Shown in pieces: positions 39,698-48,271 of a DNA stretch of 64,000 bases. How positions within the stretch are numbered: position 1 is the first letter of the stretch; each line of letters starts with the position of its first letter. The notes under the pieces were generated by a model. That model ran no database searches. It saw only the letters and a program-made list of their open reading frames with translations, and had not been told where the DNA came from. Source of the stretch: a bacterium. Its GTDB lineage: Bacteria > UBA8248 > JACPRG01 > G963555815. The translations under genes and the position numbers were made by a program. The stretch spans positions 544,001 through 608,000 of the forward strand of contig CBDHDG010000004.1 in assembly GCA_965261595.1 (NCBI GenBank), read 5' to 3'.

Positions 39698-40378
39698 GTG
39701 CCCGTGGGAGAACCCGGATTGACTGCTGACGACAAAAGAGCCCGCGAAGTGGTTGAGGATTTTGTTATCCCCAAGGGGTCTGGGAAAGCATTCTTCCTCC
39801 AGAAAGGTCAGGCCCTGCGCATCACAGCTCACGAGGGGAAACAGGTAGCGGACGTCAAATTCATCAATGCTAACGATCACAGGGAGCAGGTTTGTGCGTG
39901 GTGGTCATCTTGTCTCAACTCTGAGCGTCCGAGCGGAGAAATCCTCGGAGGCGCCAAAAGAGTAAAAGAGCTGTACTCGAAACCACCCTGGGAACGAGTG
40001 ATGCTTCGCGTGATAGATGACAAGGTAGGAGACCATCTCTTCAACGGTTCCTGTTCACCGAAGGTCCGAGAGCTGATGCCTGGGGACGAGTATCTGGGCA
40101 ACAAGACTTGTGTCGAGCTTTTCGCGGAGTGCCTGGCGCCACATGGGATCGGGCTCGAGGATCTCGAAGGGTCCGGCACCTTCAACGTATTCATGCCCGT
40201 GCGCTTCAAGGATGACGACAACGGCGCCTGGGTGTTTCTTCCCCCGTCGTGCGAAAAGGGCGACTACATAGAGTTCCTGGCGGAGATGGACATCCTGGTT
40301 GCCGCAACATCATGCCCTCAAGTGAACGTCATCAACGACTACGACCCAAAGGCCATGAAGTACGAGATCCTGGCCTGA
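39698..40378 (+). CDS. DUF1989 / urea carboxylase-associated family protein
   Basis: G.AF.L.KGQ.LRI...G.QVAD, FNVFM and GDYIEFLAEMDILVAATSCP. Confidence 0.82.
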   Translation: MPVGEPGLTADDKRAREVVEDFVIPKGSGKAFFLQKGQALRITAHEGKQVADVKFINANDHREQVCAWWSSCLNSERPSGEILGGAKRVKELYSKPPWERVMLRVIDDKVGDHLFNGSCSPKVRELMPGDEYLGNKTCVELFAECLAPHGIGLEDLEGSGTFNVFMPVRFKDDDNGAWVFLPPSCEKGDYIEFLAEMDILVAATSCPQVNVINDYDPKAMKYEILA

Positions 40379-40454
40379 CAGGATACCCGAGTGGTCTTGT
40401 GAATCCGTCAACAAAAGTTGGACCCTTGTCCCTTCCCGGAGGAGGACATCATCG

Positions 40455-41233
40455 ATGGCTTTTCAAGGAGAATACCCAATCACCGAGGAAGAGCTCTACC
40501 ACTACCGTGAGCCTGGGGATTTCTACCCGCGCGAAGAGCAGATGATAAAGATGGCTCGGGATATTTTTTATGATGAGGGGTCCGGCGCTGATCGTTCTCT
40601 GTTTCTTCCAATCAAACCGGAGAAGACGGCTTTTTTGATGGTGGACACCCAGAACGACGTGGTCAGGCCGGATGCCCCTCTCTTTTGCCCGGATGGGCAC
40701 AGGATGATTCCGAGAGTCAAGAGGGTCTTGGAGCGATGTCGGGAGGTGGGAATCCGGCCGATATTCATCGAGCACTGCCACGATCCCCGGGTCGGGGGGC
40801 GATACTGGGATCTCGGCCACAGAAGATATTTCCCCCGGCTCGTGGAACGTTTCATCAACAAGAGACAGGCGGTATACGGAACCGAGGAAGTAAAAACCTT
40901 TCCTGCGATAGCTCCACGACCGGATGAGAAAGTTGTTTATAAGCATCGGTGGGACGGGTTCATCGGAACCGATCTCGATGTGGCCCTGAGGGGCATGGGC
41001 GCGGATACTTTGATTTTCAGTGGAGTTTTCGCTAGCAGTGTGTCGAGTCAACGGCCCGGCATGCGGCTGAGCTTGAATACAAGGTCATCTATGCCGGCGA
41101 CCTGGTCGCGAGCCACCTGCCTGAGCAGCATCAGGCCGTGCTTGGGAGAATTCGGTGTATCTTTGGCCTTGTCATGAGCTCGGAAGAGATCCTGGCTGAG
41201 TTGGCCAAGCTACCCGAGTTGAAAGGTGAGTAA
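40455..41233 (+). pseudogene. Isochorismatase-family cysteine hydrolase, frameshifted
   Basis: VDTQND and KHRWDGF.GTDL; a 1-nt deletion near 41034 puts QCVESTARHA (catalytic Cys) out of frame. Confidence 0.85.
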
Positions 41234-41301
41234 CGTCATCAGACCCCGGCGACTGCGTGATCAACGCTGTTCCGTCATTCCCGGTTCCAGAAGAGTCAAA
41301 T

Positions 41302-41396
41302 GGGTCAAGTCTTTTGTAGATAGAAATGAGGCCCAATGACTTTCATTTGCGTCTTGAATCTTCAAAAGAAAAATGAGCCGACAAAAGATTTGACCC
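41302..41396. repeat. Short inverted-repeat unit related to the GGGTCA(G/A)GTCTT family
   Basis: GGGTCAAGTCTTTTGT ... ACAAAAGATTTGACCC (one mismatch). Confidence 0.6.
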
Positions 41397-41544
41397 CTCT
41401 GTTCTTTTAAGCAGAAATAAGTCTGGTGTCCCCCCGATGCCCCCCGGAGGCCGGCTAACCACTCCCTTGGGGCATCCCTGTACTTCCGGACATCGGGGAG
41501 CAGAGACTAACTCAAAATGTGGTGCAACTTTAGGGACAGGTCAA

Positions 41545-41970
41545 TCAGCCTCCCGTCCCACTGACGGACTCCTCCGCCGTCAACGTGTCGAGTTCCGTCG
41601 GAACCTCACCACCTGTCTGCTGGTTCTCGTTGATCTCTTCGTCAGGGATAGGATCGGGATCGGCGTCGGCGGTCGACACATCGGGCGGCGGCTGCCCCGT
41701 GGCATCGGCGATTTCATCCGCCGCGTCGGGAACCTCGGCCGCCACGCCGGCGGCGATGTCCGCCGCCGCGGCGCCGACGGCGGATGCGAGCTCCTCCGGA
41801 GTCGCCGTCTCCATTGTCACTCCCTCGGGGAGACCTGCCTCGATGTCGGCGGCGAGATCTTGGGCCTCAGCCAACTGAATATTGCCCACCAAACCCACCC
41901 CGAGCACCAGCGACAGGACGACACAGACCAGCAAGGGGATTCTTCGACATTTCCCGGCGAATCGGTCCAT
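41545..41970 (-). CDS. Acidic, Ala-rich exported hypothetical protein
   Basis: Signal-like hydrophobic stretch ending AEA-Q; low-complexity acidic body; start uncertain. Confidence 0.55.
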   Translation of the reverse strand: MDRFAGKCRRIPLLVCVVLSLVLGVGLVGNIQLAEAQDLAADIEAGLPEGVTMETATPEELASAVGAAAADIAAGVAAEVPDAADEIADATGQPPPDVSTADADPDPIPDEEINENQQTGGEVPTELDTLTAEESVSGTGG

Positions 41971-42447
41971 CTTCTGTGCCTCCTTAGGCCCCAACGGAAT
42001 CACGACCGTCATCCTTTATGTTAGAGTATATGGTTGCTCACTGATTAAGATTACGACAGTACACCCCTTTTATAAACCAGAATCCCCACAAAATCAATAG
42101 AAAAGAGATCCGAATCTTCCCGCGATTTTTCGGGGATCACTCACCCAAGGGAATCGCCCGGCTTGTCAATATCGGGGACCGCGTTCCCCCCCCCTCCCCC
42201 CCGGTCCGTACAGAATGGAGAGAATTCTCACATGGGGCCGGTTCACCCTGGAGTCGTCCAACCCGCGGGTCGGTCGACCCCTCGGCTGAGATAACGGCCG
42301 CGAGGCGTTTTGCCGCATGTGCGATCCACCCTCGGCTCCAGCGTAAAGTTGCGATGTACGAGGGAATTCCAGCAGGTTGCGGAAAAACGATTTCGGCATG
42401 GCCCCTTGCACCTTTTCGGGTGCGAATTCTTCTCAATCGCGACCGTT

Positions 42448-42565
42448 GTAGGGGAGGGCCTTGCGCCCTCCCGCCTTTCACGAGAGGAGGATAACCCATG
42501 GATTCATTGGTCCTTCCATCGATGACCCATCGAGCCCCCGCGGGAGCCCCAAGGGACTCCCCTAC
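42448..42565. repeat. Inverted pair of GTAG-type REP palindromes (REPIN-like)
   Basis: GTAG-GGGAGGGC-cttgc-GCCCTCCC (42448-42472) and the reverse-strand GTAG-GGGAGTCCCTTGGGGCTCCC (42542-42565). Confidence 0.65.
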
Positions 42566-42692
42566 ATCTTGAAAGCGGGATGTCTTGGAAATCCGTTGCG
42601 GGGATACCCATCTTGGGGGGGGGGTCTCCCCCGCTCTAGGGTTTTGTTGGACACTCGATTGATCCATGATTCATGGAGAAAGGGGTGTCGCG

Positions 42693-43079
42693 ATGAACGA
42701 ACAAAAGCAAGAGGGGGCTTTGGCGGAGGGCGCCCGTAGGGCGAACGGAGCCAAGGCCCCAGGGCATCGCAGTGAGCGGGGTCGGTTCTCCTGCCAGCGC
42801 AAGCGGGAGGCGGTCCTGCGTCTTTTGCGGGGCGAGAGCCTGGAGACGCTCTGCCGCGAGTTGGGCACGACAGCGGCTCGGCTTTCCGCCTGGCGCGAGG
42901 CGTTCCTTCGCGGGGGCGAGGCGGCGCTCAAAGCCCGCCCGGCGGATGAGCGGGACGAGGAGAACGCCCGGCTCAAGGCCAAGGTGGGCGAACTCACGAT
43001 GGAGGGCGAGGTCCTGCGGGAGAAGATCGACCGCCTGGAGGCCGGCCGCCCTTTAGCCGGCAGGAGGTGGAGGCGATGA
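42693..43079 (+). CDS. IS3-family transposase OrfA
   Basis: As copy 1. Confidence 0.85.
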   Translation: MNEQKQEGALAEGARRANGAKAPGHRSERGRFSCQRKREAVLRLLRGESLETLCRELGTTAARLSAWREAFLRGGEAALKARPADERDEENARLKAKVGELTMEGEVLREKIDRLEAGRPLAGRRWRR

Positions 43080-43984
43080 GTCAGGCCCGCTTCACCTCCA
43101 CGGGCAGAGCCTACGGCCTGAAGCGGGTGTGCGCCCTTTGGGGCTTGGCGCGCTCCACGGTCTACGCGCAACGGCGGCGAGAGGCGGTCCCCGTTCATGA
43201 ACGCCCCACGCCCAATAAGCGCGGCCCTGTGGGCCCGTGCACCGATGCGGAACTCCTCGGCCACATCCGGCAGGTCCTGGAGGACTCTCCCTTCCATGGC
43301 GAGGGCTACCGCAAGGTGTGGGCGAGGCTGCGCTTCGCGGGCATCCGCACCAGCAAGGAGCGGGTGCGTCGCCTGATGCGGGAGGCGGGGCTTCAGGCCC
43401 CCCACCGGGTGGGCAAACCCCGAGGTCCCAAGGCCCACAACGGGACCATCCGCACCGAGCGGCCCGACCGAATGTGGGGCACGGACATGACGACGACGGT
43501 GACCACCGAGGAGGGGATGGCCTCGGTGTTCGTGGCGGTGGATCACTGCTCGGTGGACTGCGTGGGGATCCATGCGGCCAAGAGCGGCAACCGCTTCGAG
43601 GCCCTGGAGCCGATCCGGCAGGGGGTCGCCGAGCGCTTCGCCGGCTTGGAGGCGGACGTCGCCGAGGGGCTTAAAGTTCGTCACGACCACGGCCCCGCCT
43701 ATCTGTCCGATGACTTTCAGCGGGAGATCGCCTACCTGGGCATGACCAGTTCGCCCAGCTTCGTGCGGGCGCCCGAGGGAAATGGCTACTGTGAGTGGTT
43801 TATCCGCATCTTGAAGGAGAATCTCCTGTGGGTGCGCTCTTTCGCCACCGTAGAGGAACTGCGGTGGGCGCTGCTTGAGTTCAAGAACCTGTATAACCAT
43901 CATTGGATTCTCGAGGGCTACGGCTACCGAACGCCGGCCCAGGCAAGGCAGGAAAAACTCGCTCAAGTTGCGGAGGCCGCATGA
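43076..43984 (+). CDS. IS3-family transposase OrfB
   Basis: As copy 1. Confidence 0.9.
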   Translation: MSQARFTSTGRAYGLKRVCALWGLARSTVYAQRRREAVPVHERPTPNKRGPVGPCTDAELLGHIRQVLEDSPFHGEGYRKVWARLRFAGIRTSKERVRRLMREAGLQAPHRVGKPRGPKAHNGTIRTERPDRMWGTDMTTTVTTEEGMASVFVAVDHCSVDCVGIHAAKSGNRFEALEPIRQGVAERFAGLEADVAEGLKVRHDHGPAYLSDDFQREIAYLGMTSSPSFVRAPEGNGYCEWFIRILKENLLWVRSFATVEELRWALLEFKNLYNHHWILEGYGYRTPAQARQEKLAQVAEAA

Positions 43985-44779
43985 GGTCGAATACCCTCAC
44001 CCGAGTGTCCAATAACCCAGGGGCGGTCCAGTTGGCCGCAATCAAGCGGGCTCTGCTGGCCGACAAATCACACGCTCACATTCTTGCGACAAAATTTGGG
44101 ATACAGAAGGCATGAACTTCTTTCCCGGTCTGGGGATGCTCCAGACGTGACGCGCCAGGCGAGAAAACCCGCCGACACCGGAGGCGATGGACAAAATATT
44201 CGGGAGCGCCCGCTGACAGCAAGGCGGGCACGAAAATTCCGGGCTCTGCTGGCAAATCCGGCCTGCGTAGACACGTTCTGCGCAACCCCTTGCATCCCGG
44301 TGCTTTGCATGGGCCGCGCTGCGGTCGCCCGTAAGGGCAGCGGCTGGAAGTGGACTGATCGACACTTCTAGGGCCTGATGGTCGGCAGGCAGGGGAACCG
44401 AGTACGCGGTCCGAATTTTCGGGCTCCTCTTGATCGGAGGCAACATGCAGACCTTACATGGTGTGCATAAAGCGGAAAGGGGAGCATTGTGCCTTTTCAC
44501 CTCCATCCCCCAAAATGGAGCCGGCGAGAAGACTTTACGTCCACCGGCTGTCGCCCACCTCAGGGCGGGGGACGACAGCCCTAAACTGTCCACTGAAACG
44601 GGGTAACTCCAGATTCGGTCTTGTCGAACGCTCCGCCCTGTCCGGTAATCGAGTTGCGAAGCCCGCCATGCGTAATAGACCCGCCGTAGCCGGTCCGGCC
44701 CCCGGACGATACGGAGTACCTTCCCTCCCCCCGATAGGCTTCAATCGCCCGTTTCAGCTTTTCGATTTGTCGCCACATG

Positions 44780-44980
44780 TCAGCCTTGCGCGGCTCCGGT
44801 TTCTTCAAGTATTTGCCAAACCCGCTCGCGTAAGTTGCGCCGGACCTCTAGGGCCTCTTCGGATGGGGGCTCGACGCCGGGGATTTCCTTGATACTGCCA
44901 TCCGGGTTCAGGACCGTCACAACCCATTCGTCCGTCAGCCGTTCCCTTGCGCGTCTCCGTTCTTCGCTTTCCTTGACCAT
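44780..44980 (-). CDS. Small hypothetical protein (prophage/satellite remnant)
   Basis: AGGGG RBS and ATG; 66 aa with plausible composition. Confidence 0.4.
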   Translation of the reverse strand: MVKESEERRRARERLTDEWVVTVLNPDGSIKEIPGVEPPSEEALEVRRNLRERVWQILEETGAAQG

Positions 44981-45409
44981 GCGCTTTCCCCTATTTCGCC
45001 ATCCTTTTCAGGTCCCCGAGGACGAGTTTTTGGATCGTCTTATCGCTCCCTCATCCCGAAGCGTCCAATTTTACCATACGGCGGACCTCACGAATCCGCA
45101 GGCGGTATCCGGGAGGGATGATCATCTCCGCTTCGTCCGCGTTCGTGACGATTGCGGGCGTCCCCTCCGATAGATTCCCCATTGAAACATAATCCGGCAG
45201 TTTCACATGCTTTTCGAACAGCCCCTCGATCGATTTCCAGACCTTTCCCCCCATTTCCTTGGCGGTCGCGTTCGGGTCTGAGAAGGCATCAATGCCCCAC
45301 ACCTCTTCCCCTTTCAGCGATGGGCTTCGACTTGGGTGGCCTCTTCGGTTTCGAGAATTTCGTCGGCTTCGGGGCCTTCGGAGGCTTCGGCGGCGGGGCG
45401 AAGGAAAGG

Positions 45410-45753
45410 CTTCCGCACCTCAAAGGGACTGGCAGGCGTCACGCCTGGGGCCGATGCCGCCCGAATCAATGGCTACGATCCGTAAGGACGCATTCGAGGC
45501 GGTCCTGGCCGCATGCAGAACCCCTCCGAGCCTGTTTGTCGATAGCGATGGAACATCACAACACGAGGCCGTGAGACGGTGGCATTTGGGAGCGGTGTTG
45601 CCGCTCGCAAAGTTGCTCGAACATGAATTGACAATGAAGCTGGAAACGCCGGTTGAACTCAAATTCGATTCCTATGCTTTGGACATGGTGTTCGCGGGAA
45701 ACCGTGGTCGCCAAGCTCGCGCAAGCGGGCGTTCCGATGGCGACCGCGCTTGA
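45410..45753 (+). pseudogene. C-terminal fragment of a phage portal-like protein
   Basis: APQRDWQASRLGP.PP...VLAAC..PPSLF...PLAKLLEHEL..KL resembles portal C-termini; N-terminus absent. Confidence 0.45.
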
Positions 45754-45770
45754 GGCGGTGGGGTTGAACG

Positions 45771-46154
45771 GTGACTAGCACCTGTACGATTCCCGGATGT
45801 GAAAGGAAGATGGCCGCGCGTGGGCTTTGCCATACTCATTGGGCGCTGTGGAAGAAACGGGGCGATCCCCTTGCGCCACGCCTCTCGGCTCCCTACTGGA
45901 CCCTGGAGGAAGATCGGAAACTGTACGACTTGATCCGCGATACTCCCGGCGGAATCGGACGGGCTGGGCAAGGGGAGGTTGCCGAATTGGCCGTGCATCT
46001 GGAACGGTCGGTTTCCGCCTGTCCACTCGCCTGTCTTATCTCCGATGGCGGCGAAGGACGGCACTCGGGCTTTAGACCCCATCATTTGCGTGGGAAAAAT
46101 AGTGGTAACATGACCGTCTGGAATTATCTAAGTTGTATATATTCAATAAGTTAA
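45771..46154 (+). CDS. Phage-type protein with N-terminal C-x4-C...C-x2-H zinc finger (possibly degraded)
   Basis: CTIPGCERKMAARGLCHTHW...GDPL, as found ahead of phage HNH/HTH domains. Confidence 0.45.
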   Translation: MTSTCTIPGCERKMAARGLCHTHWALWKKRGDPLAPRLSAPYWTLEEDRKLYDLIRDTPGGIGRAGQGEVAELAVHLERSVSACPLACLISDGGEGRHSGFRPHHLRGKNSGNMTVWNYLSCIYSIS

Positions 46155-46162
46155 ACTATATA

Positions 46163-46185
46163 TTCGATCCCGGTATCCTCCACCA
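46163..46185 (+). other. att core: isolated 3' end of a tRNA-Ala-like gene
   Basis: TTCGATC-CCGGT-ATCCTCC-A-CCA: T loop, 3' T stem, acceptor strand with U70, discriminator A and CCA. No 5' half upstream. Confidence 0.7.
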
Positions 46186-46213
46186 TTTAAATTCAATATG
46201 TTACAGCACACCT

Positions 46214-46861
46214 CTAATTCGCCGCCGGTTTTTCTGTGACCATTTTGTGACCACTTTCCTGTAATTTCGGCTCTTCAAGAAACGTTTCCTGAAGCTTTAC
46301 GGACGCCGCCGGGTTGGTCTCTTCCATGAGATGACCGTACAGGTCGAGAGTCATTCTGATGGAAGCATGCCCCATCTGCGCCTGAATATATTTTGGGTGA
46401 TGGCCCGCATGAATCATCAAAGCCGCGTAGCTGTCACGCAAAGAATGGAATGGAAGGTCGCGCAATCCCGCCCGCCTGAGCGTCGGTTTGAATTCACGGC
46501 TGCGGAGATTGTTCGGGTTCATCGGCTTCCCGTTCGCCTGGGGAAAAACTAGGTCCCCCGCGAATCGGCTTGGGGACTCTCTCAGCGCCTGGGCCAGCAT
46601 CGGCGCCATGTCGATATCCCGCCGACTGCTCGCGCTCTTCGGCTCTATGAATGCCCCCTTGTAAAGACCGCGTCTTACCCGGATCTGCATCGAAGCGAAG
46701 TCTATGCAGTCCCAATGCAACGCCAAAAGTTCCCCCTGCCGCATTCCCGTCAGGATCGCACAGAGAAAGAAGGTGCGCAAATTCGGGCTGGCATGATCCT
46801 GGAATAGTCTCAGTTCTTGTGTCCTGAGAAAATCCTTTTCTTCCGTGACCACTTTGACAGG
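46214..46861 (-). pseudogene. Tyrosine integrase, N-terminus removed at the adjacent IS
   Basis: TGMRQGELLAL, FHSLRDSYA and QMGHASIRMTLDLYGH. Confidence 0.88.
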
Positions 46862-48132
46862 GGACCTGCCCCCCTGAAACCGGTCCGGTTTGAGAGTTAG
46901 GATTTTCGCACGGCTTTCGGGACTGGATTGGCCTAGAAAGGGGGCAATGATGAGTCGGAAGCGATTCACCGCGGAGCAGATCATCCACAAGCTTCGTCAG
47001 GCCGAGGTGGAGTTGGCCAATGGGCAGAGGATGGCTCAGGTCTGCAAGACGCTGGGGATCTCCGAGCAGACCTATTACCGGTGGCGGCGGGAGTACGGAG
47101 GCCTGCGCCTGGACCAGGCGAAACGACTGAAGACACTGGAGCAGGAAAACGCCCGGCTAAAGAAGCTGGTGGCCGAGCAGGCCCTGGATAACGCCATCTT
47201 GAAGGAGGCCTCCCAGGGAAACTTCTGAGCCCGCCTGCGCGGCGGCGGGCGATGGAGCATGTGCGGGAGAAGCTGAGCGTGTCCGAACGTCGCGCCTGCC
47301 GGGTGCTGGGTCAGGCCCGCTCGACTCAGCGGCGCTCTGCCCAGGTCCCTGACGATGAGGCCCGTTTGGTGGCGCGGGTGACAGAGCTGGCGAGCGAGTA
47401 CGGACGGTACGGCTACCGGAGGATAACGGCTCTGTTGGAAAGAGAAGGCTGGCGAGTGAATCACAAGGGGGTGGAGCGGATCTGGCGCCAGGAAGGCCTG
47501 AAGGCGCCGAAGAGACAGCCCAAGCGAGGGCGTTTATGGCTGAACGACGGCTCTTGTGTTCGCAAGCGTCCGTCTTATCGGAATCATGTGTGGTCCTACG
47601 ACTTCCTGGCCGCGAGGACGCACGATGGGCGGCCTTTACGGATGCTGGCTGTGATGGATGAGTTGACCCGGGAGCGCTTGGCCCTTGATGTAGAGAGAAG
47701 ACTCAACTCCGAGGACGTCCTGGACCGCCTCACCGAGTTGTTCGTCCGGCGTGGCCTGCCGGCTTATATCCGCTCGGACAACGGGGCGGAGTTCACGGCG
47801 AATGCGGTGAGAGGGTGGCTCACCCGTCTTGGGGTGAGAACGCTTTACATCGAGCGGGGCAGTCCCTGGGAGAACGGCTATGTGGAGTCCTTCATCGGCA
47901 AGCTGCGCGATGAGCTGCTCAACGGGGAGATCTTCTACACCCTGACAGAGGCCAAGGTGTTGGTGGAGAGATGGCGACAACTCTACAACCGGGTAAGGCC
48001 CCATAGTGCCTTGGGCTACCGGCCCCCGGCGCCGGAGGCCATCGAACCAATGCCTCCGGGCATCCCTACACTTTCGGATATCGGGGAGAAGAGACTAACT
48101 CAAAAAGTGGTACAACTTTAGGGGGCGGGTTA
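46862..48132 (+). mobile_element. Second IS3-family element (IS407-like group)
   Basis: Ends GGACCTGCCCCCC and GGGGGCGGGTTA; orfA/orfB joined at the slippery site GGGAAAC (~47216); no TSD. Confidence 0.85.
46947..48121 (+). CDS. IS3-family transposase OrfAB (programmed -1 frameshift)
   Basis: orfA 46947-47228 MSRKRFTAEQII; orfB with WSYDF, RSDNGAEF and SPWENGYVESF. Confidence 0.88.
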
Positions 48133-48234
48133 CGCATCAATGCCTCGTGGTTCCGCGCGGCGCACCGGGACCGGGACCCGCCCGACAGTTGGGACTTCAC
48201 CCTGGGCTTCCGTTTCGCCAAGAACGCCCCTTAA
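48133..48234 (+). pseudogene. C-terminal remnant of an FGE-sulfatase (SUMF1)-like protein
   Basis: RINASWFRAAHRDRDPPDSWDFTLGFRFAKNAP*, abutting the IS end. Confidence 0.5.
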
Positions 48235-48271
48235 AGCGCCCTCTGTCTTTGCACACTTTCCGGGGGTTCAT

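Larger units (their letters stand above)
42627..44030 (+). mobile_element. IS3-family IS, copy 7 (no TSD)
   Basis: Same ends; flanks GGTC and GTTG differ. Confidence 0.95.

Noticed and set aside
30435..41396. Dispersed ~27-bp repeats as a CRISPR array or attC sites
   Set aside because: No regular spacing, no cas genes or integron integrase, and mixed orientations.
46163..46185. Complete tRNA gene
   Set aside because: Only the T loop to CCA is present; the upstream sequence is AT-rich and cannot form the rest of a cloverleaf.
46214..46990. 258-aa integrase with a novel N-terminus
   Set aside because: The N-terminal ~43 codons are read from the adjacent IS; the same artefact extends ORF 51622-52974.
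48133..48234. FGE-like C-terminus as a diversity-generating retroelement variable region
   Set aside because: No reverse transcriptase and no template repeat are visible in the window.
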